From Callorhinchus milii (taxonomy: Eukaryota), in the NCBI RefSeq assembly GCF_018977255.1, contig NW_024704742.1, positions 108,688,001-108,752,000 of the forward strand: DNA of 64,000 nucleotides, read 5' to 3'. Below are positions 13,066 to 25,965 of this stretch, in pieces. The notes beneath the pieces are model-generated. The model was not told the origin of the DNA. It ran no database searches and saw only the letters and a list, made by a program, of their open reading frames with translations. The position numbers were made by a program, and so were the translations under genes. Every line of letters starts with the position of its first letter. The first letter of the stretch is position 1.

Positions 13066-13929
13066 ACCGAGATCAGGTTGGCAGCGCTTAGCATTGCATG
13101 TACACGATACAGAAGCACAGCGTTATTGCTTGTACTTTGACCCTCTGCTAAAGTGGTACAATCCTCACCTCATGAGCTCACAGCAATTACTGTAATGACA
13201 AATGATTAATTGAGTTTCTGCTTTCTTATCTTGTCTTCTTGTTGTGTGGAAAACTGCTTCAGAAAATTTTAATTCTCCCTCTAAGCCTTCATTAGCTTTT
13301 GACTAGCTTTCAATAAATCTGCTGGGCTCAGATTAATATTTCATGCTGTGTTTACAATGAGCTTTGGCTTCTCTTTTCACTCTATATGTAATGGGGGGGT
13401 ATAGATGGTAACCACACAGTACTGGTATGATTCATGGTCTAGATTGTTGTGTTGTAATCATGGACACTGCAGTAAACAGTAAACAGTCAAAGGTTGTTTA
13501 AAGCTGTCAAAGACTTCATAAGTCCAACTCCACATGATGTACTTGCACAACATGTAACGCATTTGATTTATGTTGATCTTCTAACTGTTCATGAATGATG
13601 AGGAATGAGGAATATGAAAAAAGCAGAGAATAAATTAATCCAACCCCAAAATTTATGAACAAAACTAATTTGAAAATGTAGAAGATATTGTGCTGAATAA
13701 AAGTTTCAAAATAGTTAATTTATTCAAAGTGGATACCAATACTCCCTATCGCTGGGTGATGGCATCCAGTGCATGCCTCACAATGAACAATTTGTTGTTT
13801 TTCTCCCCTCGTTCAATGTCCATCTCAAGACATACCTCCTTGACCACATTTTCAGTCATCTTTCCTCTCCCCACCTTCTTCGGCTCCCACTCTACCTCAA
13901 GGTCTAAACAAGCTGTGTCAAGCACATCC

Positions 13930-14396
13930 ACAGATGCACACTCCACCTCACCAAGTTAGTCAGGAACCTGGGCGTCTTGTTTGATCCTCAACTGTACTTT
14001 CTCTCCCATATCCGTGCCATGACCCACTCTGCCTTCCCCCACCTCCACAACATTGTCCGCCACTGCCTCACCCCTCAGGCCACCAAAACTCTGATACACG
14101 CATTCGTCACCTCAAGGCTCGACTATGGAAACTCCTTGCCTGTCGGGCTCCCCAACACTTCCCTCCACAAGCTGCAGATCAACCAGAACTCTGCAGCTCG
14201 TGTCCTCTCCTGCATCAGGCTCCGTGACCCCATCACCCCCACCCTCGCCCGGCTCCACTGGCTCTCCATCCCTCAGAGGATAGAATTCAAAATCCTCGTC
14301 CTCACTTTCAAGGCCCTCCATGGCCTTGCCCCCTCCTACCTCTTTGACCTGCTAAATCCCGATCAACCTGTCCGCTCCCTCCATTCAGCAGGCTCC
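13930..14396 (+). mobile_element. L2 ORF2 internal fragment
   Basis: ORF 13977-14417: [12 protein letters not shown]...QNSAARVL...[13 protein letters not shown]. Confidence 0.9.
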
Positions 14397-15167
14397 ATGT
14401 GGCAATTGATGCAATAAATCCAGTTTGCGAATATCATTAATTTAACCTCAATATGTAACCTGGGGGGAAATTGTTTCTGAATTTTTAAACCCTCCTTCCA
14501 AAAATACAGCTCTTAAACCATAAGACTCTGTACTGAAACAAGGCACAAAGGTATCTATGTACTCTGAAAAATGCGGAAAATTCTGCGCAAACACATTCAG
14601 AGCCACAGAGTTAAATTCAACAGCTTTAGGGTTCATGAGAGAATAAATCATGTAGACTTACTGTAGGATTTACTGAGGAGATCTATCTACAAACTTCCTG
14701 TATCCATTTTGTTTCATACCCACTGACATTTTTAGCCTTTGATACTGTTAAACACTGTCAGTAAACTGAGCTGTATCACTGGGATTACATATTCAAAATG
14801 TCAGCTACCTCTGCTGCTGAAATGATTAATAATTCCTTTGTCCTGAAATAGCTGAGTGAGATAGTGTAAGAGGCACTCAAGAACTGTATATTACAATATG
14901 AGGAGTTGATTATTTTACTAAATTAAATGATTGAACAGATAACTTGAATAGATTCATTATATTCTGAAGTGCAAGGCAATTATTAGAAAAACATTGTATT
15001 AACATGTCAAGGTGGACACAACATAAATTAACATGTGTTAATATATTAATATTCATCATATCAAATAGTTTAAATTAAATAGCTATTATTATGTAAATGC
15101 TGATGAACTGTTTTATACTTATAACAATAATATTTGTATTTAATATAGCGCCTTTTCACACTGTTGA

Positions 15168-15849
15168 AACAACAGCAACAACAAAAACAACAACAACTTG
15201 CATTTATATAGTGTCCTTCACGTGGGGTAGCATCCCGGAGTGCTTGACAGTGGTGGAGTCTGATAATGAGCTGGAGGGAAGGAGGGGGAGGTGACCGTAA
15301 GCACGATCAAAAATGAAGGTCTTTAGGAGGGACTTGAAAGTGGGGAGGAAGGGAGCAAGCTAGAGGGATTGAGGGAGATAGTTCCAGAGTTTCGGGTCAT
15401 AGTGGCTGAAGGCACGGCCACTGATGTTGGAGCGGTGGGGACGAGTGATGGCAGCGGGTGGGGTTTAAGCAAATCAGATAGAAGGGAGGTGCATGAAGGG
15501 ATTTGAAAACAAGTGAGAGGATCTTGAAATTGATCCATTTGGTAATTGGGAGTCAGTGGAGCCTAGCAAGAACTGGTGTGATAGGGGGACAGAGTTTTGT
15601 GCGGGTGAGAATCCGAGCAGCGGAGTTTTGAATTAGTTGAATTTTGTGTCTGATGGAGCTGGGGAGACCAATGAGGAGGGCATTGGAATAGTCCAGCCGG
15701 GAAGTGATGAAGGCATAGACAAGGGTTTTGGCTTCTTTGGTCGTGAGGTACGGACGGAGCCGGGCATTGTGTCAGTCAGCAGTGGACAGAGGAGGGGGAG
15801 TTGAGTGACCAGGAGTTGGATGGGGAGGTTGCCGAGGCAGCAGGTGGTG
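15168..15849 (-). mobile_element. Older L2 3' fragment inserted in a SINE
   Basis: (CAA)n tail at ~15168 and degenerate ORF2 C-terminus on the minus strand. Confidence 0.8.
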
Positions 15850-16215
15850 GGCTTCACAGAATACAACAACAACAAACAACAAAGGCTTCACAGAATATAC
15901 TGTAAAGTGAATTGCCTGGATATTTTGTGGGCAAAATGCGGCAGCAAGTTTTGCACAGCAATTTCCCACAAACAGTCCCAAACAGTGAGTGAACAAATTA
16001 TTACTTTTCTAAAAAAAATTGAAGGGATTATTACCCCTGAAAAAGCGATCTGCCAATCTACAATCGACTAACAACTGGGTTTCTACTTATTGCGAGGTAA
16101 ACAGAGTCATGTGGAGTAAGGAAACTTGCCTAAGATTTCACCCTGTCTGGGAATCAAATCCAGGTCCTCTATCTTGCGAGGCGAGTGCTCTAACCAATAC
16201 ACTGCAGGACTCCAT
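15850..16215 (-). mobile_element. tRNA-Ala/CORE-like SINE, long form (its tail end lies at ~15120-15165)
   Basis: Body and tRNA-like head match the other copies. Confidence 0.82.
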
Positions 16216-16467
16216 TGCTTGATTTAAGCCGATATGAATATACTTCTGCTGTTTATGACTACTTTTATTTGTATTTGGTGCTCTTTGTTTATTTGCTTTC
16301 CTCTTCTCTTGCTGGGGTACAGTTCCATACAGGCTGACAAGATACTGTATTGGACGTATGAATTTTGATAGTAAGTCTTGGTGAGCCGCTCGACCATGGG
16401 CCATCACTGCCCAGCCAATCTTGCTCTCACCCAATGATGTCCATGCACATAATGCATTCCTGTAGTT

Positions 16468-16742
16468 GTGGAGTCCTGTACCTTAGTGGTTAGATCACTC
16501 GCAAGCAAGCAAGAGGATCTGGGTTCGATTCCCGGGCAGGGCGAAATGTTCACCAAGTTTCCTTACTCTACATGCCTGTGTTTACCTAGCAGTAAATAGG
16601 GATCCAGTTGTTAGTTGATAGGGGACACTGTCATGTTTCGCTCACAAGATACACAGTCGATTCACTTTACAGTATATTATGGAAAGCGCTTTGAGATACC
16701 TCGCATTATAAGGCTCTCTATCAAATGCAAGGATTATTATTG
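16468..16742 (+). mobile_element. tRNA-Ala/CORE-like SINE, long form with internal deletion
   Basis: Head gtggagtcctgtacc..., B-box ggttcgattcc, tail atcaaatgcaaggattattatt. Confidence 0.85.
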
Positions 16743-19700
16743 TCTTCCAGCTGGCAGTGTCAGATAGCAATAATAGCATCAACTAGCTCATTCTCATTAT
16801 TCCCTTCCCTATCTTAGGTAAATTGTAATTTCATCAAAAAGGACAAATAATTCATAAATACTCCCTCCCTGTTTATGAAAGATTCTATAAGCAAAACAGT
16901 GAATAGTGTCAGCAAAAGAGCAGAATTTGAGTAGTTCTGTTAATTCCCCATGGAAATGAAGTTCAGATATTGTATTGTTTGTTAGCACATTCGTTTTATG
17001 ATTTATGTATATGTTCTTAGGTTTATCTGGTTCAAATGTCTTTCACAAGGGATGCATTTTCTTAATCAGCGGCAACAAAAATTATATAAATACAGTCATA
17101 ACAATGCTTTGGAGATTGTCAACTGGAACAAACTCCCTTCTCTTTTCAAATAGTTTCATGAGATCTTTAATGCTCAACTGAACTGAGCATTGGGTTAATG
17201 TCTTATCCGAAGACTGGCACTTCCAAAACTATTGCACTGCAGTCTAAACTGTGACCTGAAACTCAAAATCCCTAACATGGGGCTTGAACCCACAACCTTC
17301 TGATCAAAGACAAGAGGGCTACTAAGTGAGCCAGACTGACACCTGCTGAGCTGCTTAAAGAATTGTACTAAGTCAGATTTGCTTTGGAGTAGGTTTTTCT
17401 CATTTACATGTGGTGCAGACTACATGTAAACCATTATTACATTTTAAGACTTTGATCCATTCGTCCAGCTACATTAATTTGACACAATGAAAGAATAACT
17501 GGTTTCATGGATTGATGGGGAGCACAATACAATCATAGGTTTTAAAATCCAAAGGCATGGAAATTAATCTATAAAACATGCATCAGTAGAGGATTATTTT
17601 AGAAATTGAAGCAGTTGGTATTTTTATGAACCTGTGTAATTATAGATGATTTCAACTTGTCCAATAGTCAACACCTTGTGTAATCCAATGTGATTTACTG
17701 ATCATATGGTAATCCTCATTTGAAAGATTTATTTGTCAATCTCCACATAACTAAGTAAAGTGCGATCAACTGTGAAGTATGTTATGTATTCTTTGAGTGT
17801 CTTGATACAACATGCAAGAACTCTACTGCAATTAATAAACTTAAACATACTAAAAATGATAAATTAATCCTATAAAGAGTTGTCTTGCAACTATATATGC
17901 AACTTTGGAAAAAACCATACACAAATTTTTAGATTCACGTCTTTGTATTTAATTTGTGCATTATCACTTCAAAATATCTCAAAGTATTTCACAGAGTTTT
18001 CTGTAAAGTTTAACGACTATGTATTTGAAGATGAACACAATAGCCGGTTTCTACATAGCAATGTCTCACTGACAGCCAATAACTGAATGTTATATAAAAT
18101 GTTTTACAAATGTTTTATTTGAGGGATTGTTAACCAATGTACATGTACAACTAGCTTCTCTTTTCGAACAGTGCCATGGGATCTTAAATCCACCTGAATA
18201 GGCAGATGAGAGCTTGATTTAATGTCTCATCTGAAGGATGGCATTATATTATTCAAATAAATTAGATTCAGGCACATTGAATAAAATCCTTCCAATTTCT
18301 AACTATAGTGTACAGTATATCGTATTCTATATTCTATAGGTTGTATTCTAAATAAAGGCCTCTATTCTAAAGAAAAAGTTCTCTCTCTCTCATTTTAATG
18401 GGTTTGATTTGGTTTATTACAACTGAATGTCAAGAATGACGTCTGCTCATGATATGATACCTTTAATTGTTCAGAATGACTTAGGAAATTAGGGTAAACA
18501 GCCCGAGCTCACTAAACTCTATGGCTGAGTGATAACCTTTACTTCATGGGAGATCCATTATTTAATGCGAATCAACATGAGCTGAACTGAATAATGTTTG
18601 GAGATAGGAATTAAAAGCAAGTCTTTGAGTCAGACTGAATGAATGGACTCTGTCTGAAGTACTGTGTAAACATTTCACTAACAGCAAACATCTGGCCCAT
18701 TGTGAGGAACAAAGCAGCTCATCAAATTTCAAGCAAAGGAAAAAGAGGATGGAAAAACAGTGTGGCTGCTTTTATAATCAATAGAATATTTCACCATATT
18801 TATAATAATGAATAGGGACTAGAAAATATCATGTCAGTGTTGGGATATTGTCAATGAATTAGTTGTTGTTGTTATAGCTCGCACTAGATTTGTATTCCCC
18901 TCACACAGTCAGAATTCACAAGAGAGCTTCTAACGTACAAATTTTACAAAATAAGTGGCATTATTATCAAAATAAGATTTGAAGTGGCTGAATGTAAGGT
19001 TAAAAATATTATTTGAACTGAAATTAAAGCTAGATTTGTATTTCTATCAATTAAAAGGCAGAAATATTAATAAGGCAAAGTTGAATGTCAATCTTCAAGT
19101 GTGAAAACTCTATCCCAGCTCCTGAGAGTTCCACATAGGTACGTTTGCATTTGTCTGTTCAGTGCATTCGGTCGTCCAAATCATAGGTAAGCAAAATGCT
19201 TATCTAGAGGCACCCATTCTGTTTACCTATGAATTGGAGGATCCTGCTTAGTAGACCTACCAAAATGTGCATGTATGTGTGTGTGCATATGTGTGTGTGG
19301 GGTGGGGGGGGGAGGGGGAGAGAGAGGATGGAAGGGGGAAATGCCAATGAGAAATTTAAACCCAAAATAAGGATTATATGAATTTCACTATCACTGACCT
19401 ACAGACATCAAAGTTGTCTCCTGCCAATGCCATTTGGTTGCTACTCATTGCAGCCTCTAGTTCTTTTCATTCTTGCATGCAGTGCTGGAGGAAATGGTTG
19501 TAGCAAATGCCATAATAATTAGAAAAAGCAATGTATTTTATTTATAATATTTATTTGCCACTGGGTGTTCTGACACCTATGGCAATCTATCACCATGCTT
19601 AAAAGTATCCAATCCAAATTCCTGAGAATTCCACATATTTCCAGATTGCATTTGTCAAGTATGGAGTATGCACCTTCTCTATGGAAGGCACCCTCTCTTC

Positions 19701-22700
19701 CCCTAAATGTGGAGAGTTTTGGAGCAAGCTTGGCAAGGACTATTGCATTAGAGTGTGCATTAGGGTACTGTTGAAGCTTTACAATCAAAAACCCACGCAG
19801 CTTACTGTTGTAACCACTGGCAAACATCTTGCTCTTGTCCAGTTAGGATTACCCTACTCGCTAAGGTTTTGGGACGTCAGGGCACTGGGGCATCTTTCCA
19901 ACGTGAAGGCTGCTATACAAGTGTAATTTGTTGTTGTTGGCTTGCAGGAATAACAAGAATTACTTAAAACCAGTCTAGGGGCTGGTTAGGTCCTCCAAAG
20001 TATTGCCAACAAGCCGGGTGTTTGCTGGTCCATGATCAACAGTGCCTTGGAACCTGCTTGTTCAGAAATACCAAGAGAAAGGGGGATCTACTCAATTCTG
20101 ATAGTTTATTGCCAGACACTTCACTGTGTGGCTACCTCAGGCCCAGAGAAACTGCTTACCTTCCCCCTCCCCTCCCTCCTCCCCGCACTTTCATGCACCT
20201 CGTTGCTATCAGAATGCTGGAATACTACTAATAATAATCATAATCCTTGCATTTAATTTAGCTTCTAGAACATCAAAATGTCTCAAAGTGCTTCACTGGT
20301 AATTAAAAATTTACAGCATTTTGTCAATGGGTAATCAAGTATAATTGCTGTCAAGTGTAGTGACTGTGGTATTTGCAGGCAAGGGGGAAACAGCACTAAA
20401 ATGAATGATAAAACAATCCAAAGGCCTGAAATTAGCATTCATTCTGGCTCAGAAATAAATGTTGAGAGGAAGAGAAATAAATGAAGAATCCAAGGATCAA
20501 AAAAATAAAGATAAATATGCAAGAAATAATAATACTATCATGCCTTATCACATCGTTGAGATGTCTCAAAGAGCTTCACAGAACATATTGTAAAGTGCAT
20601 TGACTGTATATTTTATGGGTGAAGAAAGGCAATACTGCTTGAGCAATGCGTGATTGTAATGTCAATCCGGATTGCTAAAGCTTCCAATCGTCTTTCAAAT
20701 TTCTGTTTATCTGCAATAGGTAATCTTAATCGGAGAAAAGTCCTTGGTTGGAAAGGATTAAAGATCAGGATTGGTTTGGTTGTGGTTGTCTATATGAATC
20801 ATGTCTTGTTCTTTGTTTTCATGAAATAAAATTGAAATTTCCATCCGGTCCTAATATCTCTTAGTGCAATGTGATTGTGTGTCTGTATACCAGTGTATGC
20901 TGATGTACTTACATTTTATGGCATAGATTTGACATTGCAGAAAGATTTTATTGTGGTAGAGTTACAACAGCAAACAAACTTGTTATTAGGAGGTGGATCC
21001 ACTTAACGTTAACCAGGCAGCAATTGCCCAGTTAAACATTGAGTCACACTCAGGAAAGATTGTAATCTTAACAGTGTGGTGAGATTATATATTTTTAAAC
21101 TTTGTGCAATATCATATTGAAAATATGATGAGTCCGAAATATTGTACATGAATACATAACATTGAAGAAACCTAAAGCATTATAAAATCATTATTAAGTT
21201 CTGTTCAGTGCTACATGTGGTGATATGCAACTATTATAGATAATCCCATCACTAGTATACATGCAGATGCACGCTTGCTGAATATGTACATGTGAAACAT
21301 TTTCATTGGGCTCAATACAGTATTGTGGTCAATATTTAACATATCAAATGGGCCCAGACATGGATAATAATATTGTACTAATGTTTGCATTTGATATAGT
21401 ATCTTATCACATCATCAGAATGTCTAAGAGCGTTTCACACCATTTGCTGGAAAGTGTCATGACTGTGTATTTGTAGGTTAATATGGCAGCTAAGTTACAC
21501 CCACCAATGACCCACAAACAGCTATGAAGTAAATGACCAGTTTTATTTGGGGGATAATTTGCCAGGCATTGGGAGCCATTCCTCCTTTCACTTTTCGAAT
21601 AGTGGCATTGGTTATTTGGTGTTCATCTTGGTTTACTCTTTCATCCAAAGGACAGTATCTCTGGCATTGCACCACTTCCCCAGCATTACAGTGGACTATG
21701 CCAAGACTTTGAGCTCTTGGCAGGGGCTTGAACCCACAACCTCAGAAATGATTCGGCTACCAATTGAGCCAGCTGATACTTAATGTAGAATAGCTGGGAA
21801 TGAACTACATCCTGATGGATTTAATACTAGAAATACAGAAATAAGTAATCTTGTAAATGAACACAAAAATATCCAAAATAAAGAACTGATGTTGAAACAT
21901 CATAAAGTGTTTGCAATGTAGAGACTTTTTTTGTAAACAAATGCATCAGTTAATTTCTGCGTAGTGAGGTCCCACAAACAGCCATGATCATTTTTATCTG
22001 GAAGATCCAAGGACAGTGGGGGGAAACTTCCTTCTCTTTTTGAATACTGTCTTGGGATCCAATGTGCTGTGCGACTCACTTAATGTCCACCTGAAAAAGG
22101 TAGAAGGAGATTTATTTAATGTTTCATCCAAAGTACAGCATTTCAACAATACAGTATTCCCACAAAACTCCAGCCATTGTCAATCAAAATTACACACTCA
22201 AATTCCTATGCAGGGTTTAAACCCACTACCTTCTGACGCAGAAGCGATAGTGCTATCAACTGAGCCACCTCTGGGTACAGGGAGATTAATGCAAAATCTA
22301 AATAAACCTCTATCTGTTTCTTAGGGAAGTAAAGCTGACGTGGCAGAAGTGCCAACAGAATATAGTTGATAAAGCAGTAAATCCACTGAGTGCTTACACT
22401 GTACATCCTCCAAACTGATATAATTAGTGTAGCAACACTCTTATCTAAAGTGCCATGGCGAGTGGTGAATATGTGGAAATGGCCTGCCCAGGGAAGCAGC
22501 GGATCCTGAGGAGGTCAGTAAATTTAAGATGGAATTGGAAACTTATTTGGCAAGAAATCGATTAAAGGTTATGAGAAAGAGTGGTGCATGATGCAATTTT
22601 ATTTTTGTGACAGCAAAATAGACAGCTAGACAGCAATGTCCAGCCTAGTGAGACCAGTCAGTTGTACTACAATGGCCTTTTCCAGTCCAGGACATAGCAT

Positions 22701-23351
22701 ATTTGCATTTGATTGTGTCTGTACATTAAGTTCACTGCACCACTGTTAAGCTCGATATTAAAAATGCCAATATGTATGCATCATAATTATTTTACATGAC
22801 TAAATAAGTAGTGATTATAAATAACACTAATATGTCCGTGCGATCAACGTTCATGATATTTCTGAATTTAAACAATTAATAAAACTATCAGTTATTTTAT
22901 CTTTTTGTCTGCACGGTTTTCTCAGTACCAACTGAATGCTGTTTTAAGTTTGACATCTAGCTTATCTATTGATGTCGTAAAAATGGAAGCAGCGGAATAG
23001 AAATAATTGCAGTAAATCAATCACTGATATAGCAAAGCCTTAATAAACATGCACACTTTGAATTAATTTTACAGAATTCATGTCAGGTACAATTGATGAT
23101 TCATTTCATAAGGTTTGTGAGACAGCTCTACACAAGTTGGTTACCATGTTCACCGACAAACCTACAATCACTACATTTGATGGCAGATCCTGTGAAATGC
23201 TTTGAGACATCTCAACGATGTGATAGAACACTATATCAAGTACAATGATTATTATATTATTATTTTGCAATTTTTTTTATTGGCATTTCATAATTTAGAT
23301 ATCCGAATGGGTCCTCCTTCCGGGAACCAGGAGTAGATAATAATAATACTA

Positions 23352-23760
23352 GTATAATAATAATCCTTGCATTTGATATATAACCTTATCATGACATCGA
23401 GACGTCTCAAAGCGTTTCACAGGATATACGGTAAATTGGATTGACTGTGCAATTTTGTGGCCAAAATGCGGCAGCCAGTTTGAGCACAGCAATGTCCCAC
23501 AAACAGCCATGGAGTGAGTAACCAAATTTTATTGGGGGAATTGTTGGCCAGGATACCAGGAGAAACTTCTCTTTTCGAATAGTGTCATAGGATCTTTAAC
23601 GTCCACCCGAAGATGCCGATGGAACCTTCGCTTAATGTCTCATCTGATTGACGGCACTGCTTTGAGTGTCGTGCATTGGACTGTGTGATTCCGAGGTGGG
23701 GCTTGAACCCACAACCTTCTGACTCAGAGGCGAGAGTACCGCCACCGCGCCAGGTTGGTA
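23352..23760 (-). mobile_element. Near full-length Deu-domain SINE
   Basis: (TAA)n tail, the shared 3' body, Deu-like domain (ggatctttaacgtccacc...ttaatgtctcatc) and tRNA-like head. More degenerate minus-strand copies at ~17030-17345, 17940-18245, 21385-21780, 21890-22270, 33470-33630, 36810-37000, 48430-48560 and 62940-63110. Confidence 0.8.
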
Positions 23761-24249
23761 CAAGACAAATGATCATTTATTTCATACCAACTTGAGTGTT
23801 CCCACAAGTTGGTGTTATGAACATCCTGGTTTCTTAATTAAGAAATCTGTTAAGAAATTCTGTAAAATGGCCCCCTTTGTTGTTAGTTATTAAATCAATA
23901 CTGAACGGTCACTGATGTGGCAAAGTCCTGACTCCTTCTGTGTTTGGTTTCCCTTCAAAAGCACAACTTATTACTTCATCCCCTTCAAGGTCAGCATAAC
24001 CCCCAACGTATAACATTGATATACCTGGATATTGGCGACAAAGCAGCAACCATCTGTGTGAGCATCTTTCTTTTGGTATGCATGGGACTGCTCGAGCAGG
24101 TGGAAATTTGTGTGTTTACATAGAAGAGAGATTGCCAATTGTGGTGCTCTCCCTCTAATTATGGGGCTCCTTTGGATACAGAAAGGGCTTATTAAATGCA
24201 AAACTATACCATTTAGATATTTGTCCTAATCATACACGAACTTCAATAT

Positions 24250-24552
24250 TATAATAATAATAATCCTTGATATAGAGCCTTATCATGTCTTTGAGACGTC
24301 TCAAAGCGCTTCACAGAATATACTGTAAAGTGAATTGACTGTATATTTGTGGGCGAAACACAGCAGCCAATTTACACAGAAGTGTCCCACAAACAGTTGT
24401 GGATTCAGTGACAACATTTTTAGTATTGTAATTTTTTTTGAAGGGATTATTACCCCCAGAAAAGCGTTACACCAATTGACTTAACAACCGTGTTCCTACT
24501 TACTGCTAGATAAACAGAGGCGTGCAGAGTAAGGAAATTTGCCTAACATTTC
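24250..24552 (-). mobile_element. tRNA-Ala/CORE-like SINE, long form, 5'-truncated
   Basis: Tail, body and CORE-like segment match the other copies. Confidence 0.85.
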
Positions 24553-25314
24553 GTATTATATATGACTGTTTGTTAGCCGTCACTTTTCATTCATCATGCA
24601 TGGCTTCCCCAACATCACGTAAATGCAAACTATGCAGCAACTTCATTGCTGTGACAAACCAGCCCATGGTGGGCTGTGAACTTCTGCATCATCCATCAGT
24701 TCTCCTTGTTTTCCTCGGACTGAAATAGTATTTACATTAATTTAAAGAGACAATCATGTGCCTGGACATTAATATTTGGCAGTGCTAGGGCGAGCGGCTT
24801 GTGAATATTAATACAGTATTTGACTAATCCACATGCCACAAATAGAGTAAGTCACAAATGTATGCCACTGCACATCACCATTGAACCCCATGGTCAATTC
24901 CAAAAGCCATCCAGGCCTGTTCCAAAAGCCTGTTCCTGGTACCTTTACAGCACCTTCAAGTGGTAATGTGCATGTGCAGCAGCCAGATGAGCAGTGACCA
25001 GGCTCAACTGTAACACCTCTACCACCATCTGGCTTGCTGACACTCACTGCTCAGGCTCAAACAATCGTGTTCTTGTACCAGAGGGCAACCACCCTCACCA
25101 ATGATGCTGCACTCAGCAGGAGACCCAGGGGAGCAGAGGCACATAATATTGGGGAGAAAATTTAAAAAATAATTGGGCGCAATAAATTTTAAAAAAATCT
25201 ACAATTGAGCTTGGCCGAGAAACCAGCCCCTTCAAAGATGATACATTTTTCCCACAGGTATGTTAGACATAGACATGCCATTCACTCATTTCTTGCCATG
25301 CACACCTTCTTCTC

Positions 25315-25965
25315 AGCACATGGGATCCTTGGCTTTATAAATAGGGACATAGAATACAAAAGTAAGGAGGATATGATCAGATATTACCAACCTTTAAAAA
25401 CTGGTTAGGCATCAACTAGAGTACTGTGTTCATTTCTGGGCACCACATTTTAGAAAGGTTGTCAAGGCATTAGAGAGGGTGCAAAGGAGATTTATCAGGA
25501 TGGTACCAGGAATCAGGGACTTCAGTTATGAGGAGAGACTAAAGAAGCTAGGATTATTCTCCTTGGAGCAGAGAAGGTTAAGGGGAGATTTAATAGAGGT
25601 GTTCAAAATTATGAGGGGATTTGATAGAGTGAACAGGGAGAAACTGTTTCCCTTGGCAGGTGGGTCGGTAACCAGAGAACACAGATTTAAGATAGTTGTC
25701 AAAAGAACCAGAGAGGAGATGAGAAATGTTTTCACACAGCGAATTGTTTGGATCTGGAATGCATTGCTTGCAAGGGTGGCGGAAGCAGATTTGATAACAA
25801 CTTTTAAGCAAGAAGTTGATAGATATTTGAGGAGGACAAATTTGCAAGACTATGGGGTGAGAACAATGGAGTGGGATTAATTTGGACAGCTTTTTCAAAG
25901 AGCCAGCATGGGCATGATGGGCCGAATAGCCTCCTTCTGTGCTGTATGTTTCTATGATTCTATGA
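25315..25965 (+). mobile_element. CR1 LINE 3' fragment
   Basis: QRRFIRMVPG...SYEERLKKLGLFSLEQRRLRGDLIEVFKI...FTQRIVWIWNAL (CR1 ORF2 C-terminus) and (TTCTATGA)2 tail. Confidence 0.93.

Noticed and set aside
17403..17430. 12-bp hairpin tttacatgtggt-gcag-actacatgtaaa
   Set aside because: Too short to distinguish from chance or a tiny MITE remnant.
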